Assembly (NCBI GenBank): GCA_038890815.1
Contig: JAWAFC010000007.1
Coordinates: 8,370 to 72,369 of the forward strand
Direction of reading: 5' to 3'
DNA: 64,000 nucleotides
Origin: Candidatus Micrarchaeia archaeon
GTDB lineage: Archaea; Micrarchaeota; Micrarchaeia; Burarchaeales; JACRGF01
The position numbers were made by a program, and so were the translations under genes. Each line of letters begins with the position of its first letter. Positions within the stretch are counted from its first letter, which is position 1. Below the pieces are notes generated by a model. It saw only the letters and a program-made list of their open reading frames with translations, made no database searches and had not been told where the DNA came from. Positions 31,171 through 40,964 of the stretch are shown piece by piece.

Positions 31171-34100
31171 CTATATGAATGCAAAGTTCACCGTTGTGTT
31201 CTGGCCCGCGACAATCATCTCGTTGAACGAAGTCTGGTTCTGTCCGATCGGAGTGGTTGCCCTCACATCGTACAAGCCAGCGGGAAGGTTCGGGATGTAA
31301 TAGTGGCCCGCAGCATTCGTCGTGTCGCTGCCCACGATGATGCCTCCCTGAATGGCCTCCACGAGCGTGCCCGGAATTGGGGCGCCTGTGATGCCATCGA
31401 TGACTATCCCGATGAAGCCTCCGAGCCTGTACATTATCATATCCGCATCGCTGACCCCGCCGGCGGTGACAATCACGCCCGTCCTCCTCTGCGTGGCATA
31501 GCCTGCCTTTGTGGCCGTCAGGCTGTACGTGCCCGGCTCAACCTGGATGGCGTAGTTTCCGCTGCCGTCAGTGAGCGCCCAGCGGCCCGTGCCGTCAACG
31601 CTCACATTCACGCCGGCGATTGGCGTGCCATCGCTTTCGGTGACCGTGCCGCTGATAGTTCCAAGCTGCGTCAGCGTGAAGTTCAGCCACGTGGTCTGGC
31701 CGGCCTGCACGCTCACGCCCGTGACAGTCTGGCCGAGATAGCCCGCCGCGCTGGCCGTCACGGCATACGAGTTGCTCGGCGCCACTCCGGTGATGATGTA
31801 GTAGCCGCTGGCGTTGGTTGTCGCGCCGTAGCCCGTGCCCTCAATGACCACGCTCGCACCGTTGATGGGCGTGCCGTCATTGCTCCTCACGTATCCCTCG
31901 AGGTTTCCGAGCGTGCCTGTTGCAGTGACATTCACGCTCGCGTTCAGGCTGCCGTAGCGCGCCTGCACAGTGTGAACGCCTCCCGAGACATTGGTGGAGG
32001 TCGTCAGCAGCACCTGCGCCTGCCCGCTCGCGTTTGTTGTGGCGCTCGATGCGTTGAGGCTTCCGGCAGGAAGCGGGGTGAGCGTGAGGTTGAAGTCAAT
32101 CGTCGCGCCGGCAATTGCATTGCCGAATGCATCGGTGAGCGTGGCTGTTATCGTGCTGTTTTCGCCGGGCGCGACGACAGGCGGCGCTGCAATCACGGTG
32201 AGGTTGGCCGCTGCGGCCGGCGTGACGTTCGCCGTGGCCGTGCCGTTTATCTGCGTCGTGCCGTTGTCGCCCGTTGCGGTGATCGTGTAGAGGCCAACAA
32301 CCGCCGCAGTGAAGTTGCCCTGCGCATCGATGCTCCCGCCGCTCGCGCTCCAGGTAAACGTCACCCCTCCGATGGGCTGCATGTACTGGTCGAGCGCGGT
32401 GGCGTTGAAGTCAATGCTCTCGCCTGCCCGCATTTCAGCATATGCCGGCTCCACGACCACATAGGTGAAGACTGGCGGCGCGCTCGTGTTGACATTGACA
32501 TTTCTGACCTCAGTGCCGTTGGTGGTGAATATGCCGTTCGCCACAACCTGGAAGCTCAGCGGGCCGTCACCAAAGTAAGTGGTGTTAATCATGAAGGAGT
32601 CTGTCACGCTCGGCTGCAGGCCGTAGGTGATTGTGGCATTGAGCGCATCATTTATCCACAGCTGGGCGCTCGTGATGCCAGGCTCGTCGCTTGCAGTGAA
32701 GTCAATGTATATGACTCCGCTGACATTGCTGTTGTTGGCGGGCGTGCGCGGCTCGACGAAGGCGACTGCCGGGGGAATGTTATCCACTGTCAGCGTGCGT
32801 GTGCCGCTCACTCCAATGTTTCCGAATGTGTCATTTGCCCTCGCGCTCAGCGCGAGCGTTCCGAGCCCATCCGGATAGGCCGCGGTGTTGACGATGGCCG
32901 TGCACACTGTCGTGCCGGTGCAACTCGCCACAACAGCGCCGTTGGCGAGCAGCTCAATCGTGTCAAGGTTTGGATCGCTGGCCGTGGCGTTCAGCACAAT
33001 GGTGCCAGTGACATTTGCGCCGTCGGCAGGCGTGTCGGGCACGAGCTGCACGACGGGCGGCGTGGTGTCATTGTAGACGAGGCTGAAGTTCTGCGTTGTG
33101 TTCGCCCCGGGCTGCACCACGACATTCAGCGCGCTGGCCGAGAGGTAGTTCTGTGCCGTGACCGTGAGGTTGTAAATGCCTGCCACGAGGTCGGACAGGA
33201 AGTAGAAGCCGAATGAGTCAGTGAGAGTTTCCTGAATGAGCGCGAGGCCCTGCCAGGCGCTCACATTGGCGCCCGCAATGGCGCTGCCGTTGCCCGCATC
33301 CGTGACATAACCGATGATGCCACCGTGCTGCTGCATGGTGATGTTCGCCTGCGTTGTGGAACCGGCGACCACGACCACCCCGCTGGCCGTGCCAGGCTCG
33401 AAGCCAGCCCTCGTTGCGGTCAGCGAGTAGGTGCCTTCGGCGAGGCCGCCGATGAAGTAGTAGCCCGTTCCATCCGTGGTGTCGTTGAAGCTCGTGCCAT
33501 CCACCACAACCAGCGCGCCAGCCACCGGCAGCCCCGTTGTGCTCAACACATACCCATCGATGTTGCCCACTGTGGCGAGCGTCTCGACGCGCGTGGAGTT
33601 GCTAATGCCATCCACGCTCGCGTTGATGGTGTGATTGCCGGGCGTGGGGCTCGTCCACAGCGTGATGCCCGCGATGCCCGCCACATCGGTGAGCGCCGTT
33701 ACCACAGAGCCCGTGTCGGTTCCGTTGGATAGGTTGCCCTCGGGCAATGGGCTCTCGGTGAGATTGAACACAACAACCGCATCGGGCACGGCATTTCCGA
33801 ACTGGTCAAAAACTTCCGCAGTGACTGGCACGGTTGTGTCCGGTGTGGTGAGCGAGGGCGCCGTTATAATTATAGTATACGGCGCGCCCGCCGTTATCTC
33901 GATCGGCGCGCTGCCCACAATTCCAGAGTCGTTGGCCGTTATAATCCAGCTTCCGACAACCTGAGCAGTGAAGGTTGTGGTGGGGCCAGTGAGCGGGTTG
34001 AATGTGCCCGCATTGCCAGTAACGCTCCAACTCGGGTTGGTGGCTACTGGGTTGCCCCAAGCATCAAAGCCGCTTGCAGTGACCTGTGTGCTGTCGCCCG

Positions 34101-36522
34101 CCCGGAGCGGCGAGTTGGCAACCTGCACATCGATGCTCGCCAGCGGGCCGGGCGTTATGGTGAGCGTGGTTGCGTTCTGTGCGCTGCCGCTCGTGACATT
34201 CACCACGGCATCGGGCGGGCTGCTCCGATTTCTCGAGTAGAATGTCGCGCGCGCCTGCCCTCCGGCCGTCGTGTCCGAGGCCGTGTCGACAAAGCCGTCG
34301 GGGTGGGTGAGCTGGAAAGACACGGGCACGCCATCAGCCACCGGGAAGCCGTTGGCATCGTACACGGCCACAACGATGTCGATGGCGCTGCCATTCACAG
34401 GCACGCTGGCAGGCACCGAGACAAACTCTATGCGCGCGGGAACGCTGCTCCCGGTTACAACAACATCTGTCTGGTTGAAAACGCTCGTGGCGGTGTCATT
34501 CACGACAACCCTGTCAGTGCCCGGCGCCATCGCGCTGTAAGTTGTTGTCGGGCCGGTTGTGGGGTTTACCGTGCCCGCCCCGATCACATACCAAACGGGG
34601 TTGAAGGCGGTTATCTCGTTGCCCCAGGCATCGAACGCGCGCGCGGTGAAGACGATCTGCTGGCCCACCTCAATGGGGGCGGGATTGAACGGCTCGAGCG
34701 TGATGTAGGCTATGGGCCCGGGTGTGTAATCGACTGTTGTGGCGCTCTGCACGGCCGGGTTGTCGGTCACATAGGCGGTCACGGTCTCGGTGCCGGTCTG
34801 GTTGGCCGAGTAGAATGTCACGCTCGCCATTCCATTTACTGTCAGCGCGCTCGAGGCATTTGGCGGGTTGGTGAGCGTGAAGCTGATGTTCGTGCCGTCG
34901 GCCACTGCATTGCCATAGGCATCGCGCACCTCCGCAGTTACCGAGAAGGGAACTCCTCCAACCTGCACGCTCGGAGGCACAACGCTCAGCGTGATGCTCG
35001 CCGCCGCGCCTGGATTGACCTGAATGTTCACTATATTGGAATCGACGCCGCTCTCGGTCGCATAGACCGTCCCGCTTCCGACCGTCGTCGCCGTGAATGT
35101 CGTGCTCGCGCCCGTTGCCGGATTCACCGTGCCGATGCCGCCCGTCACAACCCAGGTGGGATTCACCGCCACCGCGTTCCCGTAAGCATCGGTGCCCGTA
35201 GCGACAAAGTCGATCGTCTCGCCCACCGTAACGCTCTGGTCCGCCGAGGGCGTGATGTAGAGGCTCGCCAGCGGGCCCGCAATGTAATCTATTGTGGCGA
35301 AATCCTGCACGCTCGGATTGCTCGTGACGTAGGCGCGAATGCTCGCGCTGCCAGTCGAGGTGGCCGCGGTGAAAGTGACGCTCGCCACACCGTTTGTGGT
35401 GGCCGCGCTCTGCGAGCCCGCGGGATTGGTGAGCTCGAAAGTCACGCCCGTGCCGTCAGCCACCGGATTGCCGTATGCATCGGTGAGCGTGGCGTTCACG
35501 ACAAATTGGGTGCCCACGGTAGCGCTCTGTGGGGCGGAGAGCACGAGGCTGGCCGGTGCGCCGGGCACGACAGTGATTGGCGTGGCGGGCGAGGTTATGC
35601 TTCCCTGCGAGGCACTGATCGTCCCGCTTCCGACCGTCGTCGCCGTGAATGTCGTGCTCGCGCCCGTTGCCGGATTCACCGTGCCGATGCCGCCCGTCAC
35701 GCTCCAGGTTGGATTGATCGGAACGACGTTGCCCGCGGCATCGTATCCCGTCGCGGTGAAAGCGAGCGTCTCCCCGGCCGCCACGGTCTGGGCAGCTGAG
35801 GGACTTATAATAATATAGGCAAGCTGGCCTGCAGTGACCGTTATAGTTGCAGTGGTCTGAACCGACCTGCCGTTGGCTGTGGCGGTTGCCGTCACCCTAT
35901 AAGTTCCGGGCGTTGCGGGCGCGGTGTAAGTGACGCTCCTTCCAGTTGAGGGACTTACACTCCCGCCATCCGCGCTCCACGAGATCTGCGCATTCACAGC
36001 GGTTCCTGTCTCATCGTATGCGGTCGCTGTCAGCGAAACTGTTCCGCCCACCTGCACAGTAGCCGAAGGCGGGCTGATGGCAACGCTGGTGAGCGTGTGC
36101 TGACTCCACGCGTATGGGTTGGCATTCGCATTGCAGTAATTGAGCGAGCCCTGGCTTTCTCTCACACCATCGCGATAGGGAGCCCCGCCTATCCAGCACG
36201 CTGGACAGCCCGCTCCGCCCATAATTGTGAATGACCTGGTTATAGTCGTGCCGGACTTCTTTGCCGTATAGGGCCCCACGCCCTTGCCCGCCATGTTAAG
36301 ATAACAATAGCCGTTGCTGCCTATGGTGCACTGCACCCCTGTGAACGAGCCCGCTGCCGTGTAAACCTTAATCAACGAGCCGGCGCTCTCGCTCACAATG
36401 ACCGGGCAGGTATTCGGATAAGTCGGGTTGCTCGCGCTGGGGAAGAAATCAAGCGCGCTGGCCGTCGCTGCCAAAAACAGCAGGCCAAGCCCGACCAATG
36501 CACCATCAATCCTTCCGCCCAT
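31171..36522 (-). CDS. Very large secreted protein (1783 aa) with invasin/intimin-like Ig and carboxypeptidase-regulatory-like repeats
   Basis: Signal peptide; repeated DAYGN(P/A)V.DG..V.F and WSVTGGIGT units; T/A/V/G-rich; no C-terminal TM. Confidence 0.85.
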   Translation of the reverse strand: MGGRIDGALVGLGLLFLAATASALDFFPSASNPTYPNTCPVIVSESAGSLIKVYTAAGSFTGVQCTIGSNGYCYLNMAGKGVGPYTAKKSGTTITRSFTIMGGAGCPACWIGGAPYRDGVRESQGSLNYCNANANPYAWSQHTLTSVAISPPSATVQVGGTVSLTATAYDETGTAVNAQISWSADGGSVSPSTGRSVTYTAPATPGTYRVTATATANGRSVQTTATITVTAGQLAYIIISPSAAQTVAAGETLAFTATGYDAAGNVVPINPTWSVTGGIGTVNPATGASTTFTATTVGSGTISASQGSITSPATPITVVPGAPASLVLSAPQSATVGTQFVVNATLTDAYGNPVADGTGVTFELTNPAGSQSAATTNGVASVTFTAATSTGSASIRAYVTSNPSVQDFATIDYIAGPLASLYITPSADQSVTVGETIDFVATGTDAYGNAVAVNPTWVVTGGIGTVNPATGASTTFTATTVGSGTVYATESGVDSNIVNIQVNPGAAASITLSVVPPSVQVGGVPFSVTAEVRDAYGNAVADGTNISFTLTNPPNASSALTVNGMASVTFYSANQTGTETVTAYVTDNPAVQSATTVDYTPGPIAYITLEPFNPAPIEVGQQIVFTARAFDAWGNEITAFNPVWYVIGAGTVNPTTGPTTTYSAMAPGTDRVVVNDTATSVFNQTDVVVTGSSVPARIEFVSVPASVPVNGSAIDIVVAVYDANGFPVADGVPVSFQLTHPDGFVDTASDTTAGGQARATFYSRNRSSPPDAVVNVTSGSAQNATTLTITPGPLASIDVQVANSPLRAGDSTQVTASGFDAWGNPVATNPSWSVTGNAGTFNPLTGPTTTFTAQVVGSWIITANDSGIVGSAPIEITAGAPYTIIITAPSLTTPDTTVPVTAEVFDQFGNAVPDAVVVFNLTESPLPEGNLSNGTDTGSVVTALTDVAGIAGITLWTSPTPGNHTINASVDGISNSTRVETLATVGNIDGYVLSTTGLPVAGALVVVDGTSFNDTTDGTGYYFIGGLAEGTYSLTATRAGFEPGTASGVVVVAGSTTQANITMQQHGGIIGYVTDAGNGSAIAGANVSAWQGLALIQETLTDSFGFYFLSDLVAGIYNLTVTAQNYLSASALNVVVQPGANTTQNFSLVYNDTTPPVVQLVPDTPADGANVTGTIVLNATASDPNLDTIELLANGAVVASCTGTTVCTAIVNTAAYPDGLGTLALSARANDTFGNIGVSGTRTLTVDNIPPAVAFVEPRTPANNSNVSGVIYIDFTASDEPGITSAQLWINDALNATITYGLQPSVTDSFMINTTYFGDGPLSFQVVANGIFTTNGTEVRNVNVNTSAPPVFTYVVVEPAYAEMRAGESIDFNATALDQYMQPIGGVTFTWSASGGSIDAQGNFTAAVVGLYTITATGDNGTTQINGTATANVTPAAAANLTVIAAPPVVAPGENSTITATLTDAFGNAIAGATIDFNLTLTPLPAGSLNASSATTNASGQAQVLLTTSTNVSGGVHTVQARYGSLNASVNVTATGTLGNLEGYVRSNDGTPINGASVVIEGTGYGATTNASGYYIITGVAPSNSYAVTASAAGYLGQTVTGVSVQAGQTTWLNFTLTQLGTISGTVTESDGTPIAGVNVSVDGTGRWALTDGSGNYAIQVEPGTYSLTATKAGYATQRRTGVIVTAGGVSDADMIMYRLGGFIGIVIDGITGAPIPGTLVEAIQGGIIVGSDTTNAAGHYYIPNLPAGLYDVRATTPIGQNQTSFNEMIVAGQNTTVNFAFI
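35068..35700. repeat. Perfect 81-bp direct repeat (35068-35148 and 35620-35700)
   Basis: Identical cgtcccgcttcc...gcccgtcac copies 552 bp apart, encoding VTGGIGTVNPATGASTTFTATTVGSGT. Confidence 0.92.
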
Positions 36523-36530
36523 TTACACCC

Positions 36531-38684
36531 TCAGAACTTTCCCTCAATAGTGATGAAGAAGGTCTTCAGCGGGTGCTCGGCTCCGTTTTCCACATTGAAT
36601 TTTTCGTTTATTCCTTCATAACTCCCGCCTATGCGGAATTCGCCTTTCTTAATCGGAATCAACACCAACCCTTTCAATCGCCAGCCGTAGTAATTTCCAT
36701 TTTGGATTATACTGACGGGATCATCTTCGAATCTAAACTCCTGTTCTATCCTGCCTTGCAGATACTCGCCCTCTACCACAATATACTTGCTTATCCCAAG
36801 CTCGCCTCCAACGCTGAAGCCCTCTCTCACTTTTTTATTCAGGCCATAGCCAATGCGGTATCTTTCATAAGAGCCCTTCGGTCCAAGCCAGAAAGCCGGT
36901 TTTCCGCCGATCTTCCCAATCCCAAACAGCCCAAAACTCAGCCCCGAGTTGCCACCCTCTTTGGTGAGCTCATTGCCAAAAATTGGGTCTGGCCTGGAAA
37001 TTTTGGAGTAGTCCACATTTAGGTTCGGGTTCCCGAGCAAGGAGAATTTTCCTAGATAGAGCCATTTATCAGTGTGAAAGCGAACATCGACAGCGCCGCA
37101 GTCCTCCTTATCAGTTGAGTATTGTCCGGAGAGCTCGGAAAATTCTTCTCCTTTCAGCGTGAAGCGCACCCATCCATCAACTGAATTATCCTTAACTGGC
37201 GCGGTAGTTCCACTGATGTCCTGGCGGACATTTGCATCCATGTCCTTATAGGTCACCCATGCAGCAAGTTCAGTAATCAGCCCGGGAACAGCAGCAATAA
37301 TTGTGACTCCAGCCCCAAACCTGTTCCTGGCATCCTCAGCAAGCTTTGTCAGGTCCTCCCCGAGATAAACATGCACGGAATTGACCCTGTGGTCATAGAC
37401 AAGAATTCCACCGAGCGAGACTTTGCTATCCTTCGATTTCAATTGGTAAATCGGGAAGTGGATTTCAACAGGCGTGTCGCTCGAGAAAAAGCGCATCGGC
37501 GCTGGCCCTTCGCCCAGCACGGCGCTTCCAGGGGTCCACTCAACCCATTCTCCGTGACCCGCATAAATCCGCCAAGGCTGAATTGAAGGCACAGGAAGCA
37601 ATTGTTCCTGTTCCTGAGCTGCTTTAACTCTGTTCGCTATATCCTCAAGCGTTTTTTTCTCCTCACCGGACAGAGCTCCTTTCTTGTCACGCAATTCCTC
37701 AAGCGTTTTCCTGTCTCTCTCAAAATCCTTCTTTTTCTCTTCCGGAAGTTTGTCAATCTCTTCAATTATCTGTTCCGCCTGGATTATCTGGCCAACCCTC
37801 TTACTTTCCTCACCCGAAATTTCCTCTTTAGGTGCGGGCTTTCCTTTTGCCTCTCCTGTTTTTTTCCCAGCAACCTCCTTCTGTTGAGGTGCAGGTGTTT
37901 CCCTTTTCCCCTGTTCACCAGTCGGTTTTCCTTTCTCTTTCGTTTCTTTTCCAGTAATCTTTTTACCAGTCGGTTTTCCTTTCTCTTCCTTCGTTTCTTT
38001 TCCAGTTGTTTCAGGAGTTTTTTGTGTTTCAGAAGTTTTGGATTTCTCGGCTGGCTCTTTGCCAAGCAGGCTTTTGACTTTTTCATATGCTTTTTTGTAC
38101 CAGGGCTTGTTAGCCTCCTCAATCTCGTTTCTTAATTCCTCGATCTCCTTGCGAATTTTTTCTTGTTCTTTGGCGCTCGCAGTTTTCTTTAGCAGTGCTT
38201 CAAGCTCGGCCACTCTTTTTTCAAGCTGCGTTACTCTCTCATCAAGTTGATCAACACGCTGTTCAAGTTTGGGCTGCTTGGCATACGTAGGTGCCACCGT
38301 TGTCAAGCCAAGAATTCCGGCAAGCACATAGGGGAGCACACCACGCCCAAGAGTTGCGCCAAGAGTTGCGCCGAGTGTTGCGAGGACGCCGGGTTTGTGC
38401 TCCTCAGGGCGCTCACCACTCACAATGCGCTCATCGGATGCCCGCTCATAAACAGGTATTATTTGAAAGTTCTTGAGCAGTCTCTTGGAAATATAAACAT
38501 GGCCATCTCCGATTGCGATAACACCTAGCTGCTTCCAGCGCTCAAACAGGTCATAGAGGGGCGTTTGTTTTTGAAAAGTTTGCATTTGCCTGCACAACGA
38601 GTTCTGATAGGGTCGGAATAGATGGTCGCCTCTGAGGTATGGCGGCAGATTTGTATATCCACTTCTCACGGCATCTCCTCCCAC
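36531..38684 (-). CDS. Hypothetical protein: hydrophobic segment, coiled coil, K/E/T/G low-complexity region, beta-rich C-terminus
   Basis: 717-aa ORF, AT-richer. Start uncertain (GTG 38684 or ATG 38585). Internal 12-bp repeats (38347-38382) and ~48-bp-period repeats (37917-38006). Confidence 0.8.
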   Translation of the reverse strand: MGGDAVRSGYTNLPPYLRGDHLFRPYQNSLCRQMQTFQKQTPLYDLFERWKQLGVIAIGDGHVYISKRLLKNFQIIPVYERASDERIVSGERPEEHKPGVLATLGATLGATLGRGVLPYVLAGILGLTTVAPTYAKQPKLEQRVDQLDERVTQLEKRVAELEALLKKTASAKEQEKIRKEIEELRNEIEEANKPWYKKAYEKVKSLLGKEPAEKSKTSETQKTPETTGKETKEEKGKPTGKKITGKETKEKGKPTGEQGKRETPAPQQKEVAGKKTGEAKGKPAPKEEISGEESKRVGQIIQAEQIIEEIDKLPEEKKKDFERDRKTLEELRDKKGALSGEEKKTLEDIANRVKAAQEQEQLLPVPSIQPWRIYAGHGEWVEWTPGSAVLGEGPAPMRFFSSDTPVEIHFPIYQLKSKDSKVSLGGILVYDHRVNSVHVYLGEDLTKLAEDARNRFGAGVTIIAAVPGLITELAAWVTYKDMDANVRQDISGTTAPVKDNSVDGWVRFTLKGEEFSELSGQYSTDKEDCGAVDVRFHTDKWLYLGKFSLLGNPNLNVDYSKISRPDPIFGNELTKEGGNSGLSFGLFGIGKIGGKPAFWLGPKGSYERYRIGYGLNKKVREGFSVGGELGISKYIVVEGEYLQGRIEQEFRFEDDPVSIIQNGNYYGWRLKGLVLIPIKKGEFRIGGSYEGINEKFNVENGAEHPLKTFFITIEGKF

Positions 38685-38861
38685 GAGAACGAGTTGTTTA
38701 TTACATACTTTTTAGTATTTAAAGCTATTCCCTGGCAAAATAAGGGCTTCTTTGCTTGCTGTTAAATATTTTCAAGAAAAAGAACATTCCTTCGTTTAAA
38801 AATACTTTTCGTTAGGAAATTTCAGCACACAATTAAATATCTTGCGGAGATAAAACATTTT

Positions 38862-39170
38862 ATGGCTGAATTCTCCCCTCTTAAGCGCCTTGCACGCTCG
38901 CTGACGACCGAGAACCAGTGGCTTTATGTGCTTTCGCTATTAAACCACTCAAACATCTATGCCTATGCCATGCGAGGGGAGATTGAAAAGGAGTTCGGCT
39001 GGAAACCCAGTCTCATAACCTGCTACCTTATCCTGTACAAGCTTGAGAAAGAGGGCTTTATCACCGGAAAGTATGAAGGGAGGCGCAAGTACTACTCAAT
39101 CACCGATAAAGGAAAGAAAGCGCTTGCGAGCGCAAAGCGCTATCTTCAGGCTCTTGCGGAGAACCTGTAG
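38862..39170 (+). CDS. PadR-family transcriptional regulator
   Basis: YVLSLL...YAY...Y.ILYKLEKEGFI...RRKYYSITDKGK. Confidence 0.9.
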   Translation: MAEFSPLKRLARSLTTENQWLYVLSLLNHSNIYAYAMRGEIEKEFGWKPSLITCYLILYKLEKEGFITGKYEGRRKYYSITDKGKKALASAKRYLQALAENL

Positions 39171-39457
39171 CCTTCCCGCTCCAACAACTTTTTCTTCTTG
39201 GCACTTCCGCCCTTTCCGCTGTATCCTCCCGCGCTTCCATCACTCCTGATAACTCTGTGGCATGGGATGAGCAATGGGAAGGGGTTCTTAGCGAGCGCAT
39301 TCCCCACCGCCCTTGCTGCTTTTGGCCTTCCAACCCTTTTTGCGATCTCCGCGTAGCTTGCAGTTTTTCCTTTCGGGATTTTCGCCGTTTCGAGTAGCAC
39401 GCGCGTCTCAAATGCTGTGAGTCCGCACCCCGCCAATTTTTTTCTTAACAATCTCAA
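39146..39457 (-). CDS. ogt: Methylated-DNA--protein-cysteine methyltransferase (C-terminal domain only)
   Basis: IPKGKTASY, ARAVGNAL, NP, IPCHRV. Start uncertain (TTG inside the upstream gene). Confidence 0.92.
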   Translation of the reverse strand: MRLLRKKLAGCGLTAFETRVLLETAKIPKGKTASYAEIAKRVGRPKAARAVGNALAKNPFPLLIPCHRVIRSDGSAGGYSGKGGSAKKKKLLEREGYRFSARA

Positions 39458-40373
39458 CGCACCGCGCGAGCGCTGCCTCGAGCTTCCCTTTCTCAATGCC
39501 GTTCGCCCCCGCGGCGTTCGCGTGTCCGCCGCCGCTCCCGCCAAATTCTCTGCCCACCTCAGCCATAACCTCTGCCAGATTAACTTCGACCCTGTGCGCG
39601 CTTTTCTGTCTCGCCGAAATTCGGCCGCCTCCCTCGGCCTCGCACCCCACGAAAGCGAAATCGGCCCCGAGCTCCACGAGCGCGGTGGCAGCGCCGGCTT
39701 CAAAGGCTCCCACCACGGAGGTTACAGCGAGCACGTCGCCTTGTTCGCCCAACCTCTCTATCTTCGCCCTCTGCGCCGCTTTAAGCATCGCGAGCCTCTG
39801 CGACAGGTCGGCCGGCACATCGAGCATGGCGAGCGCTTGGGGGTATGCCAGGCCACTTCTCTCAAGCAGCTCGCCAGCATATTTCAATGTGCGTGCGCTC
39901 GCGCTTTTGAAACCCGCCGAATCTGCCAGAATGCCCGCGAGCAACAGGGTGGAGGTTTGTCTATCAAGCCTTTGTTTCCTCAGCGCGTGGTATATCAGCT
40001 CGCAAGTGGCATTGAAGGAATTGTCGCAGAACCACCGCCTCGCGCGCACCGAGTCCTTATGCCGAGAGTGGTGATCGATGACTGCCGTGAAAACCGCCGA
40101 GCGGAATTTCTGGGCGAGCATGCTTTTTGCATTGGCATCGACTGCAATGACTGCATCGTACTCGGGCGGAAGCTCGTCAACAGCTAGGCCAAGAGTGGTC
40201 AGCAAGTGCCTCGCGGGCGAGGTCAGGGTATCCGATGCCACCGCGCGCGCTCCATCCCCAAGAAATCTTTTGAGCGCGAGCGCAGCAGCGACCGCATCCA
40301 CATCGGCGAGGCTGTGCATGAGGAGGACAACTTTCTTCTTCCTCAGGCTTTTCAGGAAGGTGAGCAGGTTCAA
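39408..40373 (-). CDS. DHH/DHHA1-family phosphoesterase
   Basis: H..ADVDA, VIDHH, GILADS, GGGHANAAG. Confidence 0.93.
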   Translation of the reverse strand: MNLLTFLKSLRKKKVVLLMHSLADVDAVAAALALKRFLGDGARAVASDTLTSPARHLLTTLGLAVDELPPEYDAVIAVDANAKSMLAQKFRSAVFTAVIDHHSRHKDSVRARRWFCDNSFNATCELIYHALRKQRLDRQTSTLLLAGILADSAGFKSASARTLKYAGELLERSGLAYPQALAMLDVPADLSQRLAMLKAAQRAKIERLGEQGDVLAVTSVVGAFEAGAATALVELGADFAFVGCEAEGGGRISARQKSAHRVEVNLAEVMAEVGREFGGSGGGHANAAGANGIEKGKLEAALARCVEIVKKKIGGVRTHSI

Positions 40374-40717
40374 CCCGCAGCACCGCTGCCCAGCGCCTGT
40401 TCTATTTCTGCCCTGAGCTCGTTGAGGCGCTCTCTCAGCTTTTCCTCCTGTCGCGTGAGCGCGTTGAGGCGCACTCCCAGCAGCTCCTTTTTTTCAGCTA
40501 GGTCCTTTTCGGCCTCTTCCTTTGTTGAGGCCACAAGCAGCGTTCCAACCGAGCGATAGATCGGGCCCTTGGTTTTCTTGAGCTCCTCGCCGGCCTCGGC
40601 GATCTCATCGAGCTGTGCCTGCACGCTCTGCTTCTGTAGCAGTGTCATCTGAAGCTGATTCTGCAGATTCCGGAATTCTCCAATCCGCTGCTCCATCTCC
40701 TTCGAAACCTGCACCAA
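40370..40717 (-). CDS. pfdB: Prefoldin beta subunit
   Basis: Coiled coils flanking IYRSVGTLLV; superoperon position. Confidence 0.93.
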   Translation of the reverse strand: MVQVSKEMEQRIGEFRNLQNQLQMTLLQKQSVQAQLDEIAEAGEELKKTKGPIYRSVGTLLVASTKEEAEKDLAEKKELLGVRLNALTRQEEKLRERLNELRAEIEQALGSGAAG

Positions 40718-40721
40718 ACAA

Positions 40722-40964
40722 TCACCTCTTTGCAACCATGATGGCTGCGCGCGCAACCTGCAGGAGCCTCATGGCCGCATTCGTGCTTGCCCGCAGCGAG
40801 GCCAAGTCGCTCGCGCTTAACCTCACGATGAGCATGTGCCCTTTGGTCTCAGCGCTGCCCTCGCTTTTGGCGCGAAAGCCGAGCTCCTTCCTCAGCGATT
40901 TTGCGGCGATCTCGGCCTCCCGCTCGCTCGCAAACGGCACGCGCATCTCCACCTCAAACTCCAT
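40722..40964 (-). CDS. pcc1: KEOPS complex subunit Pcc1
   Basis: F.SEREAEI...SASDLASLRASTN..MRLL; position. Confidence 0.88.
   Translation of the reverse strand: MEFEVEMRVPFASEREAEIAAKSLRKELGFRAKSEGSAETKGHMLIVRLSASDLASLRASTNAAMRLLQVARAAIMVAKR

Noticed and set aside
35068-35700. 81-bp repeat pair as a diversity-generating retroelement TR/VR
   Set aside because: Copies are identical with no adenine-specific mismatches, both lie in coding Ig modules, and no reverse transcriptase is present.
29698-35799. Long + strand ORFs (421, 711, 498 aa) and similar antisense ORFs such as 61029-62744
   Set aside because: Antisense shadows of GC-rich, codon-biased genes; no recognisable motifs.
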